Shown one piece after another: positions 41,301-47,811 of a stretch of 64,000 bases of DNA. The stretch comes from a virus. Its lineage: Duplodnaviria > Caudoviricetes. The stretch spans positions 14,519 to 78,518 of the IMG/VR virus record IMGVR_UViG_3300005805_000071, one strand, 5' to 3'. How positions within the stretch are numbered: the stretch's first letter is position 1; every line of letters starts with the position of its first letter. Made by a program: the position numbers and the translations under genes. Below the pieces are notes generated by a model. It did no database searches and was not told the origin of the DNA. It was given only the letters and a program-made list of their open reading frames with translations.

Positions 41301-42242
41301 AATCTCGGTGTATAGTTCTCCCTGTGATTGTCCAGCAACATTTAACATTAATTTCCAAGAACCAAGAGTATCACTACCAACATCTTGCCCTTCTATACCA
41401 TATGCTCTAACTTCAACATCAGCAGATACCTCTGCACCAGGATAAGAAAACGCAATACGATTGTTAGTTGTACCACAAGTCCAAATCAATGGATATGGAT
41501 CATAATCACTCTCAGGAGTAATCTTACCGTCTTCTAAAGAGTAATTAATATAAGTTTGAATTGGATCACATGCACAATCATAAGGAACTTTTCTAATTCC
41601 AAAATAAGTAGAATATGAAGTGGTAGTACGAGTTGCACCAGGAACCCCAGCATTACCATCACCAGCTCCAGTTGTCCTAAGTGTATACATGTAAAAGCAC
41701 ATTACATGGCAAGGTTGTCCTACCACGCCATTTTCAGTCTTATACAAATAATAGAACCAACTATCAGAGCGAATTGGTTCAAAACTAATTTCTGTAGGAT
41801 AGTGTTCCCAATATCTTTTCTTTACAGGAGGAGTTCTGGTGTTATAAGTTCCAAAGTTACCATAACTATAGAATTGTGGACAAATCTCATCATTATTTTC
41901 CCACCAATAACCTAGGGGAATACTCTTACAAATTCTTCCACCATAAGGATTACTATCAGATGATAACCCCCACTGTACTTCTTCTGTTACTTGATTATTC
42001 TCATCTGGATCGTTAGATGTGGATCCACCTAAAGGAGTGTGTACACCAGGTTGACCGCAATAGTCATCAAAATAATACATGATACGATCACGCTCCCAAG
42101 TAGGTGCGTTAATCCTAGAAGTATCCCATTGAGGAAATACCTTTTTCTCAAATTGAACTCCACAAGGATTTGAACACGGTGGTCCACAAGTTCCGTCAGA
42201 TGTAGGAGTATATTGATCGCAAGTCTCTTCGTTGCAAGGCAT
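38358..42242 (-). CDS. Large virion-associated protein of unknown function
   Basis: 1294 aa, stop overlaps the PAAR start; Cys/Tyr-rich ends and GSGY modules. Confidence 0.7.
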   Translation of the reverse strand: MPCNEETCDQYTPTSDGTCGPPCSNPCGVQFEKKVFPQWDTSRINAPTWERDRIMYYFDDYCGQPGVHTPLGGSTSNDPDENNQVTEEVQWGLSSDSNPYGGRICKSIPLGYWWENNDEICPQFYSYGNFGTYNTRTPPVKKRYWEHYPTEISFEPIRSDSWFYYLYKTENGVVGQPCHVMCFYMYTLRTTGAGDGNAGVPGATRTTTSYSTYFGIRKVPYDCACDPIQTYINYSLEDGKITPESDYDPYPLIWTCGTTNNRIAFSYPGAEVSADVEVRAYGIEGQDVGSDTLGSWKLMLNVAGQSQGELYTEIGPHENFLDSRSSGHRYHTELEVRNSSGTVLARLRATFRPFEGVGDGSRDDSKFKIKNVSVVGNDTNSLQENTTYELWGRMETNTTRYRQIGQVRFPNIVRSDIRPGIPITFHINEAYDMSPGDVGQSLSSLGFYAAWDGSRGISYMSPAGNGVWESRNTVVVRDYTLPGGTIIRMELRSYYDDDSSSYWTRWKILRVVRSGSGYEPGDGVNYTGQDVYYLYYPSADATNKVGIALMVSTTQDGEFSEGQEYLQVGDTVNGWTITSLKHTDEDFNMHIAEITDGTADFDKDTVYNTSSGIDIFVRAGWGIPDRAIIIGKYEFQRKEIVYSTAIPNPEVPFDGLDVVKPKLQAVIKNGKVSKVNILSPGKNLKDTNIEDIKIAIQYPPPYVNTEKYLEYIEDGVDPDTAFKKAKSKSAKLAKAEPVFTGGVLTDIKIINGGSGYSETTPPFVTVPYIARSYKNVLKPSSNISTAESANKELFDKSEAFKKLSTKSYSYQQAIDSSNDSKSNQVPVTNSEGVFSGKYIAGTSKTKTVNKSGFDYNEYSKLQAPVHAEQSNTYLKGPIKELLKEKNSQLYTKPKSGFPKENAQFYLPPSNSAKSSSKASKDYKNLKASIDKQTQLNVQSLKDNANKQLSLINNGLSDAEFSKVKTSVPSAITGSLKNTKQQSSSIQYAPPTSFNNSSIDQAKTIKVSVSNLDDGNYYGKQFKEFYKTYTKGSNNTFEKALNQIDAQYEADINKMWEMDLDENRTIIYDGAKESRVRYAFYNLPCATSKKIYLIKGYCPDPRQNTFMRVNIGVKVPFDYDNDRGPCKSCIYEDSAVMNAYDDLVDEYGASNVELADAWCQVYYANVLYAGQSDGQPYGIPRTTGYTLPYSSSYGFLGFNLDYIKEQYGPQYIYEGCRDYEFSGNLEILHDLSLETDTFVDAVNKYGNPYDFKCGRRYEDSKVINESAINNFIGAVDNHNPNAPNQLSDPDQYEEI

Positions 42243-42247
42243 CTAAC

Positions 42248-42532
42248 TTAGTTCTCCTCCGTAGTATTATTTAGACGCTGATAGATGAGATCTAGGTTTT
42301 CCTTGAGAGTAAGATAATCTTCTTCTCCTTCAGGACGATAACGAATATTACCTGGATGAGTAACTTGAGTTGTTACATATTCCTCTAATTTGTTCAATCG
42401 ATCAATTAATCCTTTACAGATTTCATTGATGACATTGTGAGCAATTTCATTATCTTTAGCAAGATACATCAGATCACCTTCCGATGCACTTTGAGATTTA
42501 CGTACTAGTCTTGTTAATTCTGTTTCAAACAT
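42248..42532 (-). CDS. Hypothetical protein
   Basis: 94 aa in the late operon. Confidence 0.65.
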   Translation of the reverse strand: MFETELTRLVRKSQSASEGDLMYLAKDNEIAHNVINEICKGLIDRLNKLEEYVTTQVTHPGNIRYRPEGEEDYLTLKENLDLIYQRLNNTTEEN

Positions 42533-42578
42533 CTTTCATAATACCTCTGAGTTTTACGCGCAGCGAACGCGCTACGCG

Positions 42579-42746
42579 CTATTTTTCTTCCTTAAACATT
42601 CTAAAACCTAATCCGTCGTCCTCCAATTCGTATCTGAGGACATCACCTTCCATAAGTCCTAGCTCATCAACAATCTCCTGAGGGAACTCAAGAATGAGAT
42701 CACCTTCAGGAGATTCCTGTAACTCGATTATAAATTTACGTGACAT
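42579..42746 (-). CDS. Small AbrB/MazE-like protein (55 aa); not in ORF track
   Basis: MSRKFIIELQESPEGDLILEFPQEIVDELGLMEGDVLRYELEDDGLGFRMFKEEK*. The GDLILEFPQEIVDELGLxEGDxL pattern is AbrB-type swapped hairpin. Confidence 0.65.
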   Translation of the reverse strand: MSRKFIIELQESPEGDLILEFPQEIVDELGLMEGDVLRYELEDDGLGFRMFKEEK

Positions 42747-42996
42747 ATTCCTTTACCCTTGAAAAATATCCATATAAGTTTGTGAGATTATTGGCGAAAT
42801 CTTCTGCCTGCTTATATGTATCGAAAAACATAACTTCATCAACTAATATATCGATCAGATGTTCTTCGTTTGATACTCTCAAATGTCCAGACTCTTCATT
42901 AACTTCATATAAAGGTCTGTACTTGGGCTCGATGTTTGGATTTGGGAGTGCGACCTCCACGTACCACTTAGTAATCTTCCATTCCTCCTGAGGCAT
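42736..42996 (-). CDS. Hypothetical protein
   Basis: 86 aa, overlaps both neighbours. Confidence 0.65.
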   Translation of the reverse strand: MPQEEWKITKWYVEVALPNPNIEPKYRPLYEVNEESGHLRVSNEEHLIDILVDEVMFFDTYKQAEDFANNLTNLYGYFSRVKEYVT

Positions 42997-43309
42997 AATA
43001 ATCCTTCCATTCCTTACTGTTCATAATCTTTAGCATCTTTTTGAGTTGATCGGGAATCTCTGACTCATCAATACCATCGGGATTTAATCCAAGATTTTCT
43101 CTGATTTCTCGATAGTCCTCCTTCGTTATTAAGGTAGGAGTCTCATCGATATAATCAGTGATCAATCTCTTAAATGTTCCCATGGCACCCGAGGGACTCG
43201 CACCTACCACAGTCACAAACTTCATTTCCTTCGATTCCCTCTCTTGATAACGAATAATATATTGATTATTATTCGCAAGATAAATTTGATCTTCTTCCAT
43301 TTTTTTCAC
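42968..43309 (-). CDS. Hypothetical protein, first gene of the late block
   Basis: 113 aa (start may be 43300), downstream of tandem CTAAATA promoters. Confidence 0.7.
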   Translation of the reverse strand: MKKMEEDQIYLANNNQYIIRYQERESKEMKFVTVVGASPSGAMGTFKRLITDYIDETPTLITKEDYREIRENLGLNPDGIDESEIPDQLKKMLKIMNSKEWKDYYASGGMEDY

Positions 43310-43359
43310 CGCGAAAATTTTTTAATATAGGGACTCCGAGGGGGGACCCTTTCGAATAA

Positions 43360-43418
43360 TATTTAGATGCCTTCCGTAACACTTTATAGCTTACAAGGAC
43401 CCATTGTTTTATATTTAG
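43360..43418 (-). promoter_or_regulatory. Tandem late promoters CTAAATA (43360-43366, 43412-43418)
   Basis: Two copies 52 nt apart at the head of the structural block. Confidence 0.65.
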
Positions 43419-43482
43419 GGCCGCCCCCGACCCCGAAAACCCGCGCCACGACTGGGATCTGGGCGGAGTTCGTTATACTTAA

Positions 43483-43504
43483 GAGGGGCATTTGACTGCC
43501 CCTC
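43483..43504 (-). terminator. Hairpin/terminator closing the early region
   Basis: Perfect GAGGGGCA-N6-TGCCCCTC stem 8 nt after the last early gene; weak U-tract. Confidence 0.65.
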
Positions 43505-43512
43505 AGTATAAC

Positions 43513-43683
43513 TCAGAACTCGATCTCTTGCAGGGTAGGAATACCCAGAGCGGTCTCAATAGCAGGCGACTCGATATAGTCGAAACTGCTCACATTGTCG
43601 CTGGCGATAACATCGAGAATGCTGAGAATCTCGTTGCCAGTGTTACCTTGACGAAGCATGGAGATGAGAACTTGCTTAGACAT
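43513..43683 (-). CDS. Small early protein (56 aa); not in ORF track
   Basis: MSKQVLISMLRQGNTGNEILSILDVIASDNVSSFDYIESPAIETALGIPTLQEIEF*, with an A/C-rich leader. Confidence 0.8.
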   Translation of the reverse strand: MSKQVLISMLRQGNTGNEILSILDVIASDNVSSFDYIESPAIETALGIPTLQEIEF

Positions 43684-43746
43684 AGTTGGGTTGTTCGTTG
43701 TTAGTTAGTGTGTGTTGGTTAGTTTATAGTCATGCCCAGGACTATC

Positions 43747-43797
43747 TGTGGAAAAAGTTAATTAGTTTTCCACAGGTTTGTTATATTCTGTGGAAAA
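43747..43797. promoter_or_regulatory. DnaA-box array 1 (3 x TTTTCCACA)
   Basis: Boxes at 43747-55 (reverse), 43766-74 (forward), 43789-97 (reverse); each fits TT(A/T)TNCACA. Confidence 0.7.
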
Positions 43798-43799
43798 CT

Positions 43800-44117
43800 T
43801 CAGGCGATTCGCATACCTGAGAAGAAAGGAATTACACCGTAATCTTTAGACTGGAAGAACCATTGATAGTTCTTTTGGAAGATACCTTCGTCGCCAACTC
43901 CATGCTCTTTGAGAATAGCATTGAGGCGAGACTTTGTGGTGTTAGATTGCCAACCACCATCGAAAAGTTCGATCCATGTTTCACCAATTCGGGCGATCAG
44001 ATTGCCGTGCAGATAGACATCGGAGACGTTGGAACATGCAACGACTTCAGTGTTATCGAGTTTCCAATCTTTACCTGCAGTGATAGCAGCATTCATGAGA
44101 CGTTCGATCTTACGCAT
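43800..44117 (-). CDS. Early hypothetical protein (105 aa)
   Basis: Start moved to MRKIERLMNAAI; the track start lies inside the promoter. VYLHGNLIA...FDGGWQSNTTKSRLNAIL. Confidence 0.8.
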   Translation of the reverse strand: MRKIERLMNAAITAGKDWKLDNTEVVACSNVSDVYLHGNLIARIGETWIELFDGGWQSNTTKSRLNAILKEHGVGDEGIFQKNYQWFFQSKDYGVIPFFSGMRIA

Positions 44118-44184
44118 GGGAGGCGATTTAAGAGGGGTTTGGTATGTCGGGGGTGGGGTTGTTTCCCTTCCCTCCGATGCACTC

Positions 44185-44238
44185 AATATAGGCGATTCTG
44201 GGGGGCACGTCAAGCGTTTTCTGATCAGTGCTGCTTAT
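44185..44238 (-). promoter_or_regulatory. Sigma70-type early promoter with upstream box
   Basis: TTGACG-N17-TATATT; box ATAAGCAGCACTGATC at 44223-44238. Confidence 0.8.
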
Positions 44239-44271
44239 CATTGAGATAAGGTGATTTTATGAGTCTGAGGG

Positions 44272-44300
44272 TTGCAATCTTCGAGAAAGTGTGATAGACT
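44272..44300 (+). promoter_or_regulatory. Divergent plus-strand sigma70-type promoter
   Basis: TTGCAA-N17-TAGACT with an extended TGn motif; no plus-strand ORF follows. Confidence 0.6.
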
Positions 44301-44394
44301 GCGGACTTAACTTGCATCTCTGAGTGACCTTTACTGTACGTTTCTTAAGAGTTAAACAGAACGCATACATATGTTTTTTTAGGTATTTTTAAAC

Positions 44395-44445
44395 TGTGGA
44401 AAAAGTGCCTTAATTTTCCACAGTTTTCCGCATACTTGTGGAAAA
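44395..44445. promoter_or_regulatory. DnaA-box array 2 (3 exact + 1 single-mismatch)
   Basis: 44395-403 (reverse), 44414-22 (forward), 44424-32 TTTTCCGCA, 44437-45 (reverse); same 10- and 14-nt spacing as array 1. Confidence 0.7.
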
Positions 44446-44446
44446 C

Positions 44447-44605
44447 TCAATTATACCTACCTTGTGATCTTTCGTAGAGTCGCTTATCCACATGATCGAG
44501 GTATTCATCAGGGGTGAGTATATCATCCCAGTCTAATGTATCCCTGTATTGTTGTTCATGAGAGAGTGCAATCGTACAGGGGTCAGTATAGGTGAAGTCG
44601 TTCAT
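44447..44605 (-). CDS. Small hypothetical protein (52 aa); not in ORF track
   Basis: MNDFTYTDPCTIALSHEQQYRDTLDWDDILTPDEYLDHVDKRLYERSQGRYN*, starts 4 nt after the upstream stop. Confidence 0.65.
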   Translation of the reverse strand: MNDFTYTDPCTIALSHEQQYRDTLDWDDILTPDEYLDHVDKRLYERSQGRYN

Positions 44606-44609
44606 TTTG

Positions 44610-44876
44610 TCAACCTTCAGTGATAACTTGCTCTAGGAGATTGTCTAGGACTTCTTCATCATACAGTTCTACGATTTCATCTTTGAGTTCATCTTGATCA
44701 TACGATTTGAGATTTTCGATGATAGAATCAATGGCAAGTTGTACCAGAGTTTTCATATCCATATCGTCCACAATCATGTAGGCATAGGACTCTTTGAGTT
44801 GGTCGAATTGCTGTTCGGTCAGTGTCATTGGAGTGGGTTCAGATTTGAGGATTTCAGTGTAAAGATCTACGGTCAT
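44610..44876 (-). CDS. Acidic hypothetical protein
   Basis: 88 aa, tightly packed in the operon. Confidence 0.7.
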   Translation of the reverse strand: MTVDLYTEILKSEPTPMTLTEQQFDQLKESYAYMIVDDMDMKTLVQLAIDSIIENLKSYDQDELKDEIVELYDEEVLDNLLEQVITEG

Positions 44877-44879
44877 TTT

Positions 44880-45083
44880 TCAGTCGGCAGTGCTATTATA
44901 CATCACATCTTTTTCGATCTCGTTGAGTGTTTGATCAGTCCACTTTTCCATCACGGGATTATCATTTTCATCGAACAGTTCGCTATACCAATAGTCAAAG
45001 ACTTGCTGATTCAAGTTGATAAGTTCGTTGAGACCTTGGGCAATGGCATTGTTCATTTCAGTTTGCACGAGTAGGGTAGTCAT
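44880..45083 (-). CDS. Hypothetical protein
   Basis: 67 aa, ATGA overlap with the upstream ORF. Confidence 0.7.
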   Translation of the reverse strand: MTTLLVQTEMNNAIAQGLNELINLNQQVFDYWYSELFDENDNPVMEKWTDQTLNEIEKDVMYNSTAD

Positions 45084-45181
45084 TTGGTCGTTTTGTGTGT
45101 GGGTTTGTTGTTAAACAGTACAGGGCGGATTTGTACTGTTTGCTGGCGGATTGCGTTGGTTTGGCGTTGCTCTCGGGACAT
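45080..45181 (-). CDS. Small peptide (33 aa); not in ORF track
   Basis: MSREQRQTNAIRQQTVQIRPVLFNNKPTHKTTK*, GGAGA upstream, coupled to both neighbours. Confidence 0.5.
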   Translation of the reverse strand: MSREQRQTNAIRQQTVQIRPVLFNNKPTHKTTK

Positions 45182-45182
45182 G

Positions 45183-45293
45183 TTATTCTCCTTGAATGAT
45201 GTTAGCAACGGAATGAAGTGCGCTGCCCGTAGTATAACGTACAGAGGGCACAGTGATGAACAAAAGAATAAAGATCAGACCGAGAACTTTCAT
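45183..45293 (-). CDS. Small membrane peptide (36 aa); not in ORF track
   Basis: MKVLGLIFILLFITVPSVRYTTGSALHSVANIIQGE*. Confidence 0.55.
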   Translation of the reverse strand: MKVLGLIFILLFITVPSVRYTTGSALHSVANIIQGE

Positions 45294-45334
45294 CTTATCA
45301 GGTGATTTGAAAGTGAGGGATTTACGGCGACTCA

Positions 45335-45550
45335 TTAACCACCACCGTACTCGTAAGAGATAACACCTGCTTCCCCTACAGATACAGATTCGATAACAGT
45401 GAACTTGGCATGGTTATCAAACTCATGAGCATGATATTCACTGAACTCTTTGATAAACAATTCACGGCACTGTTCTTTAGACTCTGCTGCGATAACTGCC
45501 ATTCCAGAAGTCCAATCAGAGAGAACGTTGTTGAGGATGAAGAGTTTCAT
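45335..45550 (-). CDS. Hypothetical protein
   Basis: 71 aa early ORF. Confidence 0.7.
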   Translation of the reverse strand: MKLFILNNVLSDWTSGMAVIAAESKEQCRELFIKEFSEYHAHEFDNHAKFTVIESVSVGEAGVISYEYGGG

Positions 45551-45578
45551 GATTTCAGGAATGAATGTGTTAGTTAAA

Positions 45579-45833
45579 TCAGAGATCTTGGAGCATTTCG
45601 TTCATCTCGATGCGGTTGATCTTACGATCATTCCATTTCACACCGTCAGGAGTTTCTTTCTGTCCAAACTCTTCATAGAGCACGGTGACGAGATCATCGT
45701 AATCAGAAAAGTTGCGTGCCAGATCATACAAACCTTCATCATTTCCGATCCACAGTGCAACATTCCAGGTCTCGTAATTCGTCCAACCGTTATAGGTTTG
45801 GTCTGCAATGTTGGTTTGGTAGGTGACAGTCAT
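45579..45833 (-). CDS. Conserved phage hypothetical protein (YNGWTNYETW family)
   Basis: 84 aa. YNGWTNYETWNVALWIGNDEGLY...TPDGVKW is a widespread phage motif. Confidence 0.8.
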   Translation of the reverse strand: MTVTYQTNIADQTYNGWTNYETWNVALWIGNDEGLYDLARNFSDYDDLVTVLYEEFGQKETPDGVKWNDRKINRIEMNEMLQDL

Positions 45834-45868
45834 TTGAGTGATTTGTGTGTGGGTTAGTGTTAATGAAC

Positions 45869-46135
45869 TCAGTTCAGATCTGCTGCCTGAGAATACACAT
45901 CGTAGAACATATCCCAGGCAAACTTATCAGCAACAAAGGTCTGAATGTCACACTGATCGCATACCCAATCGTATGCAGTATCGCAATCTGCGTTAGTATC
46001 AATCACGAAATCGTAGAGACCTTCGATTGCACTACGGAAAGCATCATTCTCAACCAGAGAAACAAAGAACCGACCAGATTCGTTGTCTTTCATGATCATT
46101 TTACCAGAGACAGAGTAGGCAGGAGAGTAGGACAT
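45869..46135 (-). CDS. Hypothetical protein
   Basis: 88 aa, first gene after the 46.2-kb promoter. Confidence 0.7.
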   Translation of the reverse strand: MSYSPAYSVSGKMIMKDNESGRFFVSLVENDAFRSAIEGLYDFVIDTNADCDTAYDWVCDQCDIQTFVADKFAWDMFYDVYSQAADLN

Positions 46136-46186
46136 TTGAGTGAAGTTTGTTTGTGGTGGGGGTCTCTCTCAACCCCCGATGAACAT

Positions 46187-46273
46187 ACAATAACCGATCA
46201 CCCCACCCCCCGTAGTTCACCGTGATACAAAACCAGAGATTTATTGATCAGTGCTGCTTATGGGTCTGATAAG
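46187..46273 (-). promoter_or_regulatory. Early promoter lacking a canonical -35, with an NtcA-like site and the upstream box
   Basis: -10 TATTGT (46187-92); GTA-N8-AAC at 46215-28, 22 nt upstream; box at 46246-61. Confidence 0.5.
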
Positions 46274-46284
46274 CACAATTTATA

Positions 46285-46467
46285 TCACTCAACCTTGCAA
46301 TCTGGGTGCCAGGTGTTAAGTTGAGCACAAACTTGCTCCTTTTGATTATACACAGCATCGAACAGTTTGTTATCACGTTGGATCAGAAATGCGTTCCAAC
46401 CGATCATTGCGGCAAATGCAATTACAAATGCGGCAATATACTTAGGAGATAGATTCATGATCACCAA
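46285..46467 (-). CDS. Small membrane protein
   Basis: 60 aa with an N-terminal hydrophobic helix. Confidence 0.65.
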   Translation of the reverse strand: MVIMNLSPKYIAAFVIAFAAMIGWNAFLIQRDNKLFDAVYNQKEQVCAQLNTWHPDCKVE

Positions 46468-46724
46468 GTTCCTCGTTGAATGTGAATGTTGCGGATCTCA
46501 CTATAAATGAACTTCTTCAGTTTTAGGTCATCAGTATTATCAAATGCAACATAAAGACGATTCAAATACTCATCCTGCGTCATACATTTGATAGTCTTTG
46601 CTGTGCTCATTCCGATCTCCGTAAGTGTTGAACCTGCTTGCACTTTGTTCCGTCCGAAGTTACCTGAAACCCTACCAGTTGTTCTCAGTTTGGGTTTGAT
46701 CTTTGAGAGATTGGAGTAAGTCAT
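46461..46724 (-). CDS. Hypothetical protein (87 aa)
   Basis: Start moved to MTYSNLSKIKPKLRTTG because the track extension overlaps the upstream ORF. Confidence 0.7.
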   Translation of the reverse strand: MTYSNLSKIKPKLRTTGRVSGNFGRNKVQAGSTLTEIGMSTAKTIKCMTQDEYLNRLYVAFDNTDDLKLKKFIYSEIRNIHIQRGTW

Positions 46725-46728
46725 GCGA

Positions 46729-46887
46729 TCACAGATCTCCAAAATTGTTGACAAGAAAATCTTCAAGTTCAACCAGTTTGCTATCACTGAGAGAGGTCAA
46801 ATACTCATCAATGATAGTAGCAAGCAGGTCAGGATCTTGCCTACATTTGTCATACAGAAACTCAAACATAGGATTTACAGTCATCAT
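46729..46887 (-). CDS. Small hypothetical protein (52 aa); not in ORF track
   Basis: MMTVNPMFEFLYDKCRQDPDLLATIIDEYLTSLSDSKLVELEDFLVNNFGDL* fills the gap exactly. Confidence 0.7.
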   Translation of the reverse strand: MMTVNPMFEFLYDKCRQDPDLLATIIDEYLTSLSDSKLVELEDFLVNNFGDL

Positions 46888-47180
46888 CAAACTCCGAGAA
46901 GTACAGGGGCAGGTTGAACAGAATAGGTGACTCCACCTTTATACTCAGCAGACACACTTACAGCATGAGAAGGTGCTCCAAGTTCATCCACAATCTTCCA
47001 CGAATCCTCTCCATCTTCGATCACAACATAACCGAAAGTTCCTGCAATCGAGAGAGATTTGAGACCCCACTTTTCTGCTTGAGATTGACGATCCCACCAA
47101 GTTCTTTCATTCCAGAATTGTGCAGGATCATCATTGCGAGGTCCGAAAGTGATGCAAACAAAACGATCCATGTTAATCAA
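46887..47180 (-). CDS. Hypothetical protein
   Basis: 97 aa (start may be 47171). Confidence 0.7.
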   Translation of the reverse strand: MINMDRFVCITFGPRNDDPAQFWNERTWWDRQSQAEKWGLKSLSIAGTFGYVVIEDGEDSWKIVDELGAPSHAVSVSAEYKGGVTYSVQPAPVLLGV

Positions 47181-47344
47181 CCTCCGAAAAGTTCTTCAAA
47201 GAGAGGAGTTTCAGCAAAACGTTGCTGATCGTATTCATCACGAACACGATAGATTTCATCTTCAACCATCCGAACTTCCGCACGTTTCATGTTAAGTTTG
47301 TGCCGAAGTTCGTAGAGTCGTTGATTGCGTTCTGTGAGTGTCAT
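47177..47344 (-). CDS. Small coiled-coil protein (55 aa); not in ORF track
   Basis: MTLTERNQRLYELRHKLNMKRAEVRMVEDEIYRVRDEYDQQRFAETPLFEELFGG*, directly after a promoter. Confidence 0.8.
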   Translation of the reverse strand: MTLTERNQRLYELRHKLNMKRAEVRMVEDEIYRVRDEYDQQRFAETPLFEELFGG

Positions 47345-47350
47345 TTGTTT

Positions 47351-47422
47351 GATTTCTTTGACTCTTATAGTATTGCAGAGATCAGGGCAGAAGTCAAGGG
47401 GTTTGAGATCAGTGTTTCTAAT
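47351..47422 (-). promoter_or_regulatory. Early promoter cassette copy 1
   Basis: TTGACT(47392-97)-N17-AATACT(47369-74); degenerate box at 47407-22. Confidence 0.75.
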
Positions 47423-47606
47423 GAGTCAAATCTGCTTTGATAAGTTCTCTGCATAGTTTAAATCGTTCCCATTCGTTATCATCGAAGTTGTCAGATGCGT
47501 ATGGGATACCTACAATGTAGGCACAAGTCTTATTTACATCTTCCTGATCCTGAATTGCATGTGCTTGACTATTACTCAAGACTGCGGCAAGTGCAAACTC
47601 AATCAT
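47418..47606 (-). CDS. Hypothetical protein, possibly exported
   Basis: 62 aa, signal-like N-terminus, Cys pair. Confidence 0.65.
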   Translation of the reverse strand: MIEFALAAVLSNSQAHAIQDQEDVNKTCAYIVGIPYASDNFDDNEWERFKLCRELIKADLTH

Positions 47607-47809
47607 TTCAGAACAATGCGATAATCAATGGATTTGATACACCAACCTGTCGCACAAGTGATCTCTTCAACTAGATCATCTTCGTCATCTGCTTCCCAGA
47701 TACTACCAAACACACCATCACGGAGTTCTTCTTTGTATTCATCAGTGATGGGTTCATCATAAGCATCATCGCTAAAATCAAAGGCGATTTCAGTAACTTG
47801 GAATTGCAT
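47603..47809 (-). CDS. Acidic hypothetical protein
   Basis: 68 aa; WEADDEDDLVEEITCATGWCIKSIDY. Confidence 0.75.
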   Translation of the reverse strand: MQFQVTEIAFDFSDDAYDEPITDEYKEELRDGVFGSIWEADDEDDLVEEITCATGWCIKSIDYRIVLK

Positions 47810-47811
47810 AA

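Noticed and set aside
43310-44450. tRNA or other known structured RNA in the intergenic gaps
   Set aside because: No cloverleaf, T-loop (GTTCGA) in proper context or CCA end found by eye; tRNAscan-SE and Rfam would be the decisive checks.
44484-44492. Perfect E. coli-type DnaA box TTATCCACA
   Set aside because: Lies inside the 52-aa ORF (His-Val-Asp-Lys codons) and could be coding coincidence, so it is not counted in the arrays.
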